From the human T2T-CHM13v2.0 reference genome, Homo sapiens: a stretch of DNA of 64,000 bases. Location: assembly GCF_009914755.1 (NCBI RefSeq), contig NC_060935.1, one strand, 5' to 3'. The translations under genes were made by a program, and so were the position numbers. The notes beneath the pieces are model-generated. The model ran no database searches. It was not told where the DNA came from and saw only the letters and a list, made by a program, of their open reading frames with translations. Shown piece after piece: positions 29,191 to 42,892 of the stretch. Position 1 is the stretch's first letter, and each line of letters opens with the position of its first letter.

Positions 29191-31573
29191 AGTGCAACAT
29201 TTAGAGAGATTGTTTGTACATATGTGTGTCTGTGGCACTCCCATTGGGGATTATAATTTCTATTGAACAGAAATCTAGATCTTCAACTCCAAAAACAATT
29301 TAATACATATGAAACATTGGTAGGGAAATTGAGATCAAGAGATTATTTTTAACTAGCATTTTTTTAAGCACAATTTACACACAGTGGTGCATTACTTTGA
29401 AACTTAGGAAGGCATTCATATGAGAATAAGTGAGTAAAGAACAACAAAATTCATATGCGATAAAAGTTTGAGATGCTTCTAAACAGTATTTAAAGTTTCC
29501 TGCTATGTTGTTTTCAAAAGGGCAACTGAGAACTGGCCAATCTTCCATCTAGACCAGGGTCCAAGTTTATGTGGGGAATCCAACAGTTTGGTGACTGCTC
29601 TTGAAATTTGCACCAAAAATACATCTCTTGTTTATGGTCAAACATGCCTTTTCTTCTGGCTCTGTGACTAGTCTTCTGAAGTCTACAGAGCATTGGGGTG
29701 GTACATGAGGTATGAAGAGAAAACTTGCTACACTCTCCATTGAACTAAAACATTTTTATTCTCTTTCTGGTATTACACGTTTTGCTACAACCTTTACACA
29801 TGCTCCAAAGTCAGCCTTGAATCTTGTGGAATACAAATTAGTTAGCCCCTGGAGGTTGAAATTAGAGTTCAGTGCAGAGAATACACAGTTTATTTCTCTA
29901 AATAAACTATCAATGGGTAAAACACAATTTTTTTTTAACAGTTAAGTATGGATCCTCCAAGAAAATATCTATTCTGTGAAACACTATCTTCACACCTTTA
30001 GTCATAGTATTCTTACAAAGAAAAAATATGTTTTGTATTTTGTAAATATGTTTTGTATTTCGTAAAAATCATGTAAGACATTTAATAATGCTGAGTTTAT
30101 CTAATTCAACTTTTGTTTGCCACAGACTGTGTGAGTGTCTCTGTGTGTATCAGTTAATAAGTTGTTCAGTAGACCATAGGAAAACAAAAACTACACAGTA
30201 ATGAGCACAAAACAGGTATCTGTTTTTATGTAAGCTGCAGAAAATCCCATTGTTTCTAGTTCCTGATCCTTCCCCTGCTTGTCAAATCCTTCATATTTAT
30301 GTATATTCCATATATTTTCAATAATGGCAGTTTACAGCAAAGAGACAAGAGAAGATGAGGCAATGCAAAAAGTTTTTTCTCACAGAGACACTTGGTTGGT
30401 CTTTATTGCAATTTTTCCAAGGTTGGAGTATACATCAGGTCTCTTGAAAATGTAGCTCAGTGTCATCATCAATTTGGAATATAACCTGAGCTGTGAACTG
30501 CCTTCTGTTAGCTTACTTAGCACAGTGGCCCTCAGCCATTTTTATGTCTGTACTTCATTTACATGTGCAGCAGTATTTCATCAGTAATATTTTGTGCTTT
30601 GTGCTGCCCTGCAGGTTACAGAGTTTGCAGTAGCAAAATGTGTACTAGAATTCAGACATCCTGATTTCCCAGCTAGTAATTTATTCCATAACACACTATT
30701 TCCTAACATTAACAGTCGCTGCAGAAAGGGCTTGGTAAAGGAAAACTTCCTGGATCATGGCTGGCTGCACTATGCTTAAAATACACAAAGCTTTCATTCT
30801 CTAAAGCAATGGTTTTCAAACAACTGTTGTTCAATGTTTCAGCTGCATGGAGGGAAGTTGCCAAATTGGTTAATAAATTATAATAGTAATATTAAGAGCT
30901 ATTACTACCCACCAGTGAATATTTGGACAAGAGTTATTAGTACCAATGATCCTTTCTGACAAGTGAGAGTAAGAAGAAATAAAACATGTAGAAGGGATAT
31001 TAAGAAGAAATAAAACATTTTAAATTGTCTAAACAAGGTCATGATGGGAAAACATGTTACTGTATCTTTGCAATGGGAACAATAATGATATTTTTTTCCT
31101 GAGACCAACAAATATGGGTCTATCTATTAATCCTGACTTCTAGTTATTGAAAACAGAATTCATGATGGGCACAAGCGGCTTTCAGGCTTGGTTTTCTAAC
31201 TGCAAACTAGCATTCTTCTAATTCCATCTTGAAGTTGGTTAGATGGAGCAGAAGGGAATGAAAATGTATTGTTAATTTCCTAGAACACTACTTTTAGCTC
31301 ATTTTAATTAAAAAATTAAGAGCATTTTTATAAAAATTGAATGGTATTACAAAATGAAAGGAAAATTGAACATATATCATTTATCTAAACAGTGACATGT
31401 CAAAAATTTAAAAAATATCTAGGTTAATATTTTAACTATGAAATATTTCTATAATATTTGTATTAATTTCCATTTCTTTTTTGCATGCTTTTTTCTAACT
31501 TGGCTACCTTTATTATATAGTGTGTATTGAGAGAGTAATATGGACCAGATAATGGGCCATGCACTTTCTATTC

Positions 31574-31960
31574 TGTGGCAGGGATGGTTAAACAGCACAG
31601 ATTCTCATTTCCATTCCATAAGAACCTCTTAGGCACTACATTCCTCATCCTCCTTGCATCATCTTGGCAGTCATGTGACAACTTTTGGCAGTGGAATGTG
31701 AACAGAATCTACGTATAGCAGTTCTGGGCCTGAGTGTTTATATACCTGGTGTTCATTCTCTTGTTCTCGTCTTCTTTCATAGAAAACCTGACTGTGATAT
31801 AATGAAAATGGCTACATCGCAAGATAAAAGCAACCTAGATTCCTGAATTACTGCTTGGGAAAGAACCTTTAAATCAGGAATGCCCACGTTGGACTTTATG
31901 TGAATGAGCAATAAATTACATCTTGCTAAGCTATTCAGATTTGCTTTAACCCTGATTTTG
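31574..31960 (+). mobile_element. MLT1 LTR (old)
   Basis: 'tgtggcagggatgg', 'gcagtggaatgtgaacagaa', 'ggactttatgtgaatgagcaataaattac'. Confidence 0.65.
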
Positions 31961-32249
31961 TTGTTGTTTTGTTTTGTTAAAGGAATTTGCTCACTCTAAT
32001 ACGTATGTATAATCCTTAAAATAACCCAGCTCAGGTACAATTATATTTTATGGATAAACTTGACTCACAAAAATAAATATTTGCACAAGTTAGTAAGTGG
32101 CAGGGGCTACACTCAACTGAGGATTGAATAAATATGTAGGCCATGCGCTTAAAAAATAGACATTTAAATAAGAATTTCTTTACCTCATAGCAGAATTTAT
32201 TATTCAAAGACATTCCAGATATAAAAGAAACATAGACATAAAAGAAGGC

Positions 32250-32700
32250 TGTATATTTGGGAGCTGATTAGATTGTAATCTTTCTCACAGCCTCCCCTCA
32301 TTCTTGTTATGCATCAATGTAAATAGAGAATATTCCCTGAGCCACTGACTTTGGGTTTGGCCATGTAACTTGCCTTGGCAGAAGCATGAGTAGGCAAGTG
32401 ATGGTGGGCCTGTTAGTAGAAAGAGCTTTAAAAGACATCATATGTTTTTACATTTCTTCTTGAGTTTTATGCCTGTACATGAGAAAAATCACAGATAGTG
32501 GTTGTTCTGTGACTAAGATCAGAGAATAAAAAGATACATTGAGAAGACTTAAATCTGGTCCAGCCAAGCCCAAGTGAACTTGTCTAAAACCAGCTGAAAC
32601 CAGCTACATTCAGCTGAGCCATAAATAACCCACACTTACTGGTATGAATAAGAAATTAGTGTTTCATGTTGCAAAACACTGAGATTCTCAGTCATTTACT
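32250..32700 (+). mobile_element. MLT1 LTR (old)
   Basis: 'gccactgactttgggtttggccatgtaacttgccttggc', 'gttgcaaaacactgagatt'. Confidence 0.65.
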
Positions 32701-33016
32701 TGGTGATATATTTGGTATATATGGAACCGAGGTACATTTTGTAGTGTAGAAGTCTGACAAGAAGATATGACTAAAGTGGTAAGTTGAGGCTAGGTTGTGG
32801 TTGGCCTTACATGCCATACCAAGCAGTTTAAATTATCTATTGCAATAATTAGAGAGATATTGGAATGTCATGAGTGAGTGCTCCATTTTGATCTACTTAT
32901 ATAGTTTATCCTCTGATGATAGTAAAATTAAAAATAGAAAGCTTTTTGAAGGAGTCAGTTTTGGCATCAGAAAGGTAGTAAGCCAGCCATGATGCCAACA
33001 AGTTTGATGTCAGATG

Positions 33017-33520
33017 TGTCAGACTGTGTACATCATCCCAGATTGGCGTGCTTATCTTGATTTCTGACCACAATAGCCCTTGTACTAGCTTGTCTTATTA
33101 TTGCTTTCATGGGCCTAGCTTGCTACTGCTAAAGCCCTGGGTTGCTATAGCACAAGAAACACCATGAGGAGTGTTAACTGGTCAAGGGAGACTGCTTTTT
33201 CTGATCACTAGCCAGACAGTATTCACAGTTGCTCTGGTCTTTCATTTAGCTGCCTAGGGATGCAAGGCAAGCTGAAAGTTCAGGAAAATAAATGGCCCAT
33301 AAGACATGTGGATGAAAGAGCAATGGGAGTGAGAGATGAGAGAAGGGAGGCAGAAAAAATATTTCTCCTTGTTCTGAGATGTAGCAGAACATATTGTCTC
33401 TCGGAAGACATACCATGAGACACTGCAATAGTATGCTGTGGCCAGGCAAGAAAATACTTATTCCTATTTGTTATATCTCCTACTAGATTATTTCTAAACA
33501 AATTTTCCTGTGGGTACAGA
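33017..33520 (-). mobile_element. Possible ERVL-type LTR relic
   Basis: Starts 'tgtcagactgtgta'; LTR33/LTR41-like composition. Recall only. Confidence 0.3.
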
Positions 33521-33624
33521 CTTTTATTCTTTTTTTTTTGTCCCTAAGGAGTCCAGACATATACAGTGAGCTAACAAAAACAGCATTGATATCTGACCTT
33601 CAAGTCAGAGAACAGTGCTTACTA

Positions 33625-33730
33625 ATAGAAGTATTATCTTGATATAAAGAGACCTGAGTTTGAGTCCAAGCTCATGCAATTATTATTTCACTGATCTTGG
33701 GTAATGCTCTTAAACTGTCTATGTCGAAAC
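33625..33730 (+). mobile_element. MIR fragment
   Basis: 'agacctgagtttgagtccaagctc...tgatcttgggtaatgctcttaa'. Confidence 0.6.
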
Positions 33731-36149
33731 CTCCCTTTCTGTTCAGAGGATTGATCCTTGCTCACAGTTGTTTGTACAACGAGTTTTAATCTGTTCAGAA
33801 TTATTCTTAAACAGCACTGCCTAATCCTAAAAGTGTCAAAATCCTCCTTGCAAGGTGATATTGGTACAGCAGAGAAAGGCTGACAAATGACAAAATGAAC
33901 ATATGATTTCGAAGTATTAGTATATAAATTCCAGACATCTGCTTGGAGAAAAATCAATTAGTGCTCATTAAGCATTTAAAGTATTACAGGTCTTTCACAA
34001 AGTCCCTGACATACACTAACATATCTAAAATAGAATAACCTTTCAAGGGAGGAGACACGGAAACTGAGGAACAGGGATGCTTAGCACATATCTACAGGTT
34101 ATCAACTAGATAGGATTAGATCCAGGACTCAAATCCAACTTGTTGTTTGTAATCATTAGGATAAGCTGCCAGAAATATTGAGAAAAGTTTGAGGTCTTTA
34201 AATAGTGACAAAACTTAGCTGAAGTGGCTATATAGAAAAGGCTGTCTTCACACTGTATGTTTGAAGTATTATTGATCATTGTTTAAAACTTCATTTTATT
34301 ACATATATCAGTGTCACCAGTAATTGCATCTTTATTTTTGGATAAAACTGTTTAGGAGAAGACAAGAATTTCCTTCTGACAGATCCCTGTAAAAAAAAAT
34401 TCTTACAAACAGAGAAAGTAAAAGTTATAATATATTTTATTTGTTGATATTTATTGCTGGAATGATATATTCACTGAAGACCATGGACATTTTTTATCAG
34501 TGCTTAGTTAAATGTAATTTGTATCTATATGCTTATAATTTTAAAATGTTATTGAATCTTACTAATAATTATATAGGAAACAGTTCCTCATTTTTAAACT
34601 CTTAACTACCGTGGCTATATTTTAAAATGAGTTCTAAAGTTTAATTTCATATAATACAATTCACCAATTATAAATATATAATTTGAGGATTTTTGGAAAA
34701 TATACAGAGTTGTGTATAACACGATATATATTTCCATTACCCACAAATTTTCCTTTGCAGTAAAGGGGAAGAGAAACCACACACTGGGAAAAAAGGGCAT
34801 AATAGACTTGTATACAAAACATAGAAAAGATGGAAGCATTTTAATAATAAGAGCAAGCAACCCAACTAAAAATAACCAAAAGAATAGAAAAAGAGTTGAA
34901 CATACACTTCCCCAATGTATATGTTATCCTTTTTCTAAGAGAAGAGGAATCTGGGGCTTAGAGAGAATTAGTGACTAGTTCAGGTTTATGTTTGGTAAGC
35001 AGTACAGTTTAAACTCCAACTGATGACAGTTTAAGAGCCAAATCTGAGTTCTTTACGTGAGAAAGAGGTAAGGAGGAGAGAAAGGGAGGTAAGGAGAGAG
35101 GGAAAATAAGCTAGTAACAATGGTCATAATTTGAGAGATTTGTCTTACCGCAAGCCTGACAGTTGATCCCACACTGTGTTGTCCCAAAAAATGACTCACT
35201 AAATCAGTAATGGCAGCATTTAACTACATTTTTATATCACTAGTGCTTCTTATAGAAACCAGAGAGAAAGTTTCTATTTCAATTTTTACCAAGTCAAAAG
35301 GAGTATCATCTTTTCATTTTGATTTGTATAGGGATTTAAAAGGTAATATCACATAATATGGAGGAAATATTTCTGACGGTTATGACTCAGGTTGAGAAAT
35401 TGGAAGAATAGATAACAAGCAAACAAAATAAAATTATGTTAATGTTCAGCTAGCCTTCCTTCTTTCCTAAGATTATCAGGTAGAAAATTTAAAAAAAAAT
35501 TTAAAAACAAAAATATAAAAAACTTGTATTGTGATTTATGAGATGTATGCTAATAAGTAAAGAGGAGATGAAGCTATTAATGTGTTTGTGAGATGTGTGA
35601 TACAGCGTTTTTTTTGGCGGGGGGAAGGTACTGGTGTTTATTTTTGTTGAAAGGTGTTAAAGGAACATCAGTAAATCCTAAAACAGCTGCAAAACATCTT
35701 ACATGTCATAGCAATTCGTCATCTGTGTGTATGTGAACAGAAAGGTCCTGTGACTGCAACAACAGGAAGAAGGTAGATCTGTGGTCTTATCTGACCTCTT
35801 AATTAGTTGCTGTTTTAATTTGAGAAGTCTGAGCTGTGAATCTCTCAGACTTAGTGAATCAAATTCTTTAAAGAGAAAAGCCCTGAGATAAAACTGTCAG
35901 TTAAGAACAAAGCGCCAATAGCTTCAAATCACCATAACTGTTTACAGCATAGTTACTGCGTCTAAAAAAAAGAACTAATATTTTAGTTTTCTTTGCCTTC
36001 TAATCAAAATATTCATCAAAATAATAATAAAAAATTCTGCCTTATGGATATAGTGATGCAGAGTTTTTTTTACTGCTTTCTCATGCTATTTCAACAAGTC
36101 TCTAAGAAAAGTAGCATTTTTATTCCTATTTCATAGATTTAAAGACGCT

Positions 36150-36530
36150 TCTCCCTCAGAGTATGTGAACTTGCTCTTTGTTCCTTTTGGAAGCTCTTTC
36201 TTTCTTTTGGAGACTCTTCCTTCAGATATTTCAATGGCTAGCTTTCCTATTTCTGCTAGATGTTCATGAACATGTCATCTTCTCATTGAGACCATCTCAG
36301 CCCATCCTATGTGAAATTTCAGTACCTAACCTTTCAACATTCCTTATCCTCTTTCCCTGCTATATATTCCTTCCTATCACAGCATTTATTGTTGTGTAAC
36401 AAAATTTATCTTTTTAAATCTACCCTTTCTGTTGCTACTCCCACCTCTCCACAGTGTAAACTCTGAGTCTGTGTCTATGAAGACTGATTTGACAAACATC
36501 ATGCACTCTAATTGACATTTTATGATTGAA
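36150..36530 (+). mobile_element. L2 3' fragment
   Basis: 'catgtcatcttctcattgagacc', 'cagtgtaaactctgag'. Confidence 0.55.
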
Positions 36531-39500
36531 TCTTTAATAGAATCACAAGTAATGGGTTTTTAAGATAGAATGAAAACAGACTGATTACATGCTCAATTTT
36601 GGTTTTTGAATATGATTCACAGAATGTTTACATGAAGGAGGTTTCAAGGAGAGTTGGAATGATTCAAATATTGATAACATTAATCAAATACTTTAAAGTG
36701 AATAAAATAAGCATTCTAACACATTCTGGCTCAGAAAGAAGTTTCTTAAATAGCATTAAAATTTTGAATTTTTAAAATATTTATTCTTGTGAATTTGTTT
36801 TCACTCCTTTACATGATAAAACTTACTCTCTGGTGGGAGGTGTCCATATAGAAAACAGGGATGTGGGTTCTATTTATGGCCCCACTAACTATAGTTACCA
36901 GGAAGTTGTCTATTTTTTCTATACTTCAGTTTTTTCATCAAGATAAGAGGAGGAGGGTGGGGTTATTTCATGTCCCCTTGCTGGTTTATATCAAAGATTT
37001 TCATCAATGTATAATTGTGTAATTATATGAACTGTAAACAGTACTATAATAGAAAAGATTTTCAAGTTCTAATCATGTATTTGTTTCTAGAAGTCCCAAA
37101 ATGCACGTTCTATCTAAACGTATTTTAGTTGATAATCAATCCTTTACAATGTTTATAAGCAAAGTGTAAATCAAATAAGCTCTGTGAAGCTTGTAATTTT
37201 CTGCCATTTTGACAGCTATTTAGTTATTTTTTGCATGAAATAAAAACTCAATTCCATTTTCTAATCCTTGTAATTTGACTGAAGGCTGCATCTTTGCTTG
37301 CTTCTATATAAGAAAGCTCAAATGACAGAGGAAACAAGCAAGTTATTGCTAAATCAAAATTTATAGCATTGGATAATGGAATTTTACTAACCAGTTAGGA
37401 GAGGAAAAAAAACCCTGTAATACCGTAAAATGCTTATGATAAACAATCCTGAAGAACATCAACACACCCGACTCGGCACTTTAAGTAAAGGCCTAGAGGA
37501 ACCCTAATTCCAAAATATGTCTTATACTTTTTATCTATAGCTTTGCATTGCTCAGTGAGTTTCTAGTTTCTTGAGAAATGTTCACTTGTGATTTAGTACT
37601 ACAGAACTACTTCAGGCAAATTGAATAAGAGAGCTTAAAGAGTATTTAATATAATGCAGGCAAATTTTTTAAAAGCCCTTATTATTTAGAAGAAATCTTT
37701 TTAATGCTCTTTGGTCAGACTGACTGTCTACAATGATTGGCTTTGATGAAAGGAGAAAAAAAAAAAGAGACCTGGCTAATATCTACAGTAGAGAAGGAAA
37801 CCTAGTGATTACATTATCCTTTGTTTAGACCTCAAACGAACAAGCTAATAGCTTCTTACTTAGCTGTTTGTGCTCTGATTTCAGGCCATTAGTGGGCATT
37901 ATACAATGAAAAAGTTTGCTTATACTCTTCCCATGGATGTTTCAATTTTGTACTAATAAGCCGAGTTCAGTTCATCTTTTCATGTTAGAACCCCGAGGAA
38001 GAACTATGGGTTAACTTCAGCTGAATAACAAATGGTTATCCAAACTCTATAAGGAATTTTATATTCTCTTAGTAAAGACCTTTCCTTTTAAGATAGAGCA
38101 AAAGTTCAAACTAGGAATCTGAATCTCAAGAACAACAGTTACTAACAGAAAAACACATTTGAACTATCTCAGGGATTTAGTTTGTCAATTTATATTCCCT
38201 GAGAGTAGTCATGTAAATTCTCAGTTCTGTATTTAAATTTATTAGTACTTCCTTGTCATTTTTAAAGACAAGCAGAAAGAACTTGACTGTGATTGAGATT
38301 TTGGTAAGGATTAACAGTAGAATGGATAATAAGCAGCAGATTCATGGAGGACTCTAGCCTGGTGAACAGGGTATACATGGCTGGAGGCAATTCCTGTGGG
38401 TAATCACTGAGGGGAGAAATATTTCTTCCAGTTGAAAGCTGAGTGGCAGTACAGACTCTTCTTTGAAGGCAGCTGCTTCATCAGGGAGAAATTTTCATGT
38501 TAAGGAACTTAGGAGCAGCTATTTTACCTCCTGCTCTTCTGATATTTTTCCCCAATGAGAAACATTTTTACTGACTTACTCAGCCTGTTCTACTTTCAAA
38601 GAGTAAAATCCAGCTGTGGAGTGTGATTTGACAGACATAACAAATTATATATCTCCATCTCTGGAGTCTTCCTTTCTTCTCTGTTACAATATTCTGAATA
38701 CTGTGTCTTTACTGAACAAAAATAATTAAAATTATAAAATCAAAGTCATGCTTCAATCACACTATCATTTATATATCATCACTACAACATACAAGGTGGT
38801 AACATGTATATTTTTTCTTACAAAAAATTAAAAGCATACATTAATATAACTGTCATTTTACATATACAGAATTTGTGTCTCAGAGATTATTGAATTATTT
38901 GCCAAATATTATAGAGCTTTGATCACCCAACTGGAGTGTGGAAACTAAATCGTCTGGCACTTGGTTTGTACCCCTTCTTAAGCACACTGCTAAATAAGGC
39001 ACCTTCTAAGCAATGTACCTTTGAATAATCTCCAGTATTAAGTTATTTGGAGGATATCATGGAAGTGAAGAAGAAAAATGATGAATTTTACAGACTGCTA
39101 ATAAGTAAAAAGGGTTACAAAGAAATCTTAGATGACATAAGCAATGAATATTCTGTTGATGGAGCTTTAAAGAGAGAAGTAAGAGAATACAGAAATGTTC
39201 AAACTGACATGGGGATTAGGGTAAAAGTGATCATAAAATCCTTCATGAAGATGATAGTACTTTTTCTTGAAAGGTGATTAGGATTTGACATGGACTGATG
39301 AAGAAGTTAGGACATTCAGACTAGAGAGAAGGGCATGGACAAGCCTAAAACTTATAAACATAACAAATAAAATGCTGTTACAACTAGGATCCAAATTTAT
39401 GAGACAATGAGAGGCATGTAAAAGTATTGTTAAGATAAATAAATAGATAGAAACTTGTATTAAAACAACATGAAACTACCTAAACAAAACATTAAGGAGT

Positions 39501-40223
39501 AGACCTACTTTAGAAGGCAGTAAGAAATTCAATCAATTTCTGATCTGAGTTTGATCTGGCTTTACCAAATTTTTAACTGAGGCAGGTATGCCGATCTGAA
39601 AGGAGTTTTACAATCATTAGGCATGGGAAAGAAAAGAGTTAGATTTGATTCGTTTCCATGTTGAAATTGAAAGAGTCCAGATCTGAGGTAAATTACACAT
39701 GATAGTTAGATTGCAATGATAATAGTTAGGATATTCTGCATGTTGTGTTCAGGATTATTTGGTATATATATTTCACAGAGATTGGATGTAAGACTCAAAT
39801 TTATGTTCAGGTTCAGGGCCTATTATATGTAGGTATATATTCAAGATATTTCAAGGTAGTTTCTTTTCCACTTATATAAAATGAGGGCATATTATCGATA
39901 TTTAATATTTATCTCTGCAATAGATGTGCTTGGTGAATAATTCTGAGGCCCCTTTAAAACCCAAATGTGTGGCTTGAAGCTGCCAGAGTACAAATGTAGT
40001 CAATCACAATTATGGCAGTGCTTCTTAAACAGTTTTCTCATATTGCTTCAAAAGCATTTAGAGTATTAAAAGACAAAGCCAGATCTATTAGTTTTATTTG
40101 ACAAATTCATACTCCATAGTTTGACAAATAAAACTAATAATATACTGTTTTCCTTTTGCATTTTGGCAATTTGATTCATTTTAATTATATTAGGTAAAAT
40201 ATTCTATGTTAAGTAAAATAACA

Positions 40224-40333
40224 TAGAATATGCAACCATTCATTTTGACCAGAACTGTTCTGGTTTTGGCATTCAGAGTTTTATATCTGGGAAACCCATT
40301 ATCTCAGGCAAATCAGGATGGTTGATCACCCTA
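40224..40333. mobile_element. MER81-like (hAT-Blackjack) MITE
   Basis: ~110 bp ending 'caggcaaatcaggatggttgatcacccta', with internal 'ctgggaaaccc'. Confidence 0.7.
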
Positions 40334-40554
40334 ATATTTCACTACAACTAGAAGTAACTGGATGTTTATATCTATCATGGAATTGGTAATTTTGATTTTG
40401 ATTATTAAATAGCTTATGATGTACTCTGGGATTCTCAGATTAATCAAATCAGATACCTTAAAATCAAGCATTTACTGTGCTTTTCAATGATCAGTTTAGT
40501 TTCTTCCTGTGATAGCCAATATCTAGGGTGTGTTTAAAATCTATCAGTGATATA

Positions 40555-40723
40555 CAATAAATCCTCATTTAACATCATCAATAGGTCCTTGGCAACTGCT
40601 ACTTTCAGCAAAATGACATATAAGGAAACACTGAACAAAACAACTTTATTTGAGGACCTGCTGTGCATCATTTTGCTTAAAGTTGGTTTCCAAGACTTTA
40701 TGATGTCAACAGGGGACTTACTG
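40555..40723. mobile_element. MER6-like (TcMar-Tigger) short palindromic element
   Basis: TA on both sides. Termini caataaatcctc.../...ggggacttactg, with internal 'tttgaggacctgctg'. Confidence 0.7.
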
Positions 40724-41166
40724 TATATAGTTTTGCTATTTTAACATGCATGTATACTATTCAGTCTCATATATATATATAATATATATATATCTCCAAT
40801 GTAAACTTTGTTTTTTGTTTTGTTTTGTTTTATAACATACAACAGTGTCTAGCAAACAGAATTCTACCCATGATCCTCAATTCTGGGGGAGACAGACTTC
40901 TCTTTTGAGTTTTTTGGGAAACAGTGCAAAGTCATCAATGTTCAAAAAGATAAAATAAATCCAAGATTTTGGGACAAATGGTCTTTTTCCTGCAATAATG
41001 TGCTTTTACCTACATCTTAATGTGAAAACAAACGGAAATCATTATCATTAAAGTGGTGCTACATCTAAAAAGCAATATGTTGGTCCAAAGAAATCAATAG
41101 CATATACACCTATACACCCCAAACACATCAGCAACACCTCGAAAACTCAAAAGGGAGACAGTAGGT

Positions 41167-41197
<31 letters not shown>

Positions 41198-41228
41198 TAT
41201 ACACACACATATATACACACACACACAC
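41167..41228 (+). repeat. Interrupted (CA)n/(TA)n microsatellite
   Basis: Read directly from the sequence. Confidence 0.95.
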
Positions 41229-42892
41229 CCCTCTTTTGTGGAAGCCCAGCAAGATGGAGGTAAGATGTTTTGAAATAGGTGCATGGTGTAGTAAGTCTCT
41301 CTCCCTAACATTTCTTCCCCTACTTCTAATGAGAACAAATGCAGTTTTTAAATATTTCTGTTTGGAGATTTATTGAAGAGTAAAGAGGACCAGACTCCCT
41401 TTACCAAGTGATATGATGAGTAAGTGATGAGTGATCCTTGACTGGACACCTAGCCAGATTACTGTAGGTAGTTTGCATCTTAGCTGGCGTTCTGTCGCTA
41501 TTAATTTCTAAATCATTTACAGTAGAATATAACCTTAGTAGGTGCATAAAAATGCACTCTTTCTTTTAATCAATGATCTGAGGAATATGCACATTGAATT
41601 TGTAATGTTTATGATTTATAAGTAATTCTCATTGTTAAATCAAAGTGAGAATAAAATGGGGAGTTAAAGAACTACTTTTCTTGCAAGGCATATGAGACAA
41701 GCAAAAAGAAGTTGACAGCCAAAGCAGTTATTAAATCAATTTTTGAGTGAAAAGAAACTTTGGTCCTCTACTATAACTGCCAAATTTCTGAGTCATATCG
41801 TTTTATTAACATAAAAATATGGCTTTTACTTAGCTATTTATCTATAGGGAAACCGCATAAAAGACCAGGAAAGCATAGAAACTGGTAAATGTTTCTGCAT
41901 AACATGAATAACACCCATATGAAAATTGCTCTATGTCATGGTCTTACTTCTGTCATGAACTAATTGTATGACCTTGAGGTATGTCACTTAAATTCTCTGC
42001 ACACGTATATCTTGGAAAATAAAATGAATGTGTTTTAAGGCCTTTTCAATATAAAAATTATAGAATTTATTTCTAATGTTTTGGTCACTTTTAATTATGC
42101 CTTTTTGATTAGCAAAATGAACATCTTTGTTCATGTGAACAAATTTCAAATGAACAAATTTGAAAAGGAAAATGAACATCTCAGGACATACTCTCTTATG
42201 GGCACCCGAAAACCTCAGTTGTGTGATCACTCCAGGGTGATTTGCTCACTGAGCTCTAACCCTTCCTCAAACTACAGATGCATTGGCCTAAGCCATACAA
42301 CTGTTCTTGATTTCCTTATTTTTTCTTTAGTCTCATATGGATCTAGAGTACTTTTCTTATGAGCAACCTGACTGACTGAGTTCCAGAGATTCTGGCCCTC
42401 TGTTTCCCTTATTCTCATCTGCAGCAGTTATCTAAATTCACAATCTTCTGAAGTATTTAACCTTGAGCAATGCCACTGCTCATCTTAAGGGATTTTAAGA
42501 CCAATATTCAAAGAGGTTCATTTTACATAGGAGGCCCCTATAGATAGGAACAGATCTACAGAGGTTTTCAAGTAAACACAAAAGTTTATAAAGTACTGGC
42601 ATGTATACCCTGGCTGACATGAAATGGGCATATGGGCAGGTGTGTCAAGTCTATGCTTTCCAAGGCTCCTGGACACTGACCTTTGGGGAAAAGACTATTG
42701 CCAAGTAAATTCTTTTTTGCTTTATCTCAAACATCTTCTACCTTTTTCCTCTTCCCTACAAGTTAGCCTATGACTGAGTTCCCAGCACATCCTGTGTGAG
42801 AACACATTGATATTTATATCAGATGCCCTTTATAAAGTCACAATTAGGCTTATCGCTTTAATGTTGTACTACACTTTGTTTTAAAACAGCCT

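Noticed and set aside
30024-30063. 20-bp tandem duplication; similar short repeats at 30970-31018 and a 9-bp-arm palindrome near 24725-24747
   Set aside because: Ordinary slippage-scale repeats with no sign of function.
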